Positions 47,857-47,886 of a stretch of 47,886 nucleotides of DNA are shown piece by piece. The notes under the pieces were generated by a model, which was given only the letters and a program-made list of their open reading frames with translations, searched no databases and had not been told where the DNA came from. The stretch is from sequence record SRR33789315_17; one strand, given 5' to 3'. The position numbers and the translations under genes were made by a program. The first letter of the stretch is position 1. Each line of letters starts with the position of its first letter.

Positions 47857-47886
47857 TGTAGTGGTCAAGTAATATTGGCCACAGTT
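47857..47886 (-). mobile_element. Right end (IRR) of an IS3-family, IS911-like insertion sequence, cut off by the window end
   Basis: TGTAGTGGTCAAGTAATATTGGCCACAGTT has the 5'-TG terminus and resembles the IS911 end as recalled (TGAAGTGGTCAACAAAAACTGGCCAC); minus strand reads T-V-A-N-I-T-stop then CCACTACA. Confidence 0.7.

Overview
Chromosomal, accessory-rich window from an AT-leaning marine gammaproteobacterium (gene content suggests Alteromonadaceae, e.g. Paraglaciecola-like; this is inference). In order it holds: (1) a phosphate-scavenging locus with a purple-acid-phosphatase-type enzyme and a TonB-dependent receptor (TBDR), divergent from a degenerate GGDEF membrane protein and an AraC regulator, with Pho-box-like sites; (2) a LexA-boxed imuA-imuB-dnaE2 mutagenesis cassette; (3) a gfcABCD/yjbEFGH operon; (4) an RpiB-family isomerase, a solute-binding protein, a GntR/UTRA regulator and an adenine/adenosine deaminase with a sigma54/NtrC-like promoter; (5) an ECF sigma/FecR/TonB-transducer system with a PD40-amidohydrolase and a promoter motif repeated exactly twice; (6) an ABC-2 (DUF3526-type) plus TBDR operon behind two Zur-like boxes; (7) a roughly 14 kb uncharacterised catabolic cluster (gabD, glutathione peroxidase, NCS1 permease, four serine hydrolases, a Tat-exported DUF1838-like protein, a TBDR and a bicupin) whose intergenic regions share a 12-bp palindrome; (8) a highly structured MITE-like repeat and the tip of an IS3-family element at the window end. 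No rRNA, tRNA or CRISPR array was seen. All family calls come from motif recognition by eye, not from database searches.
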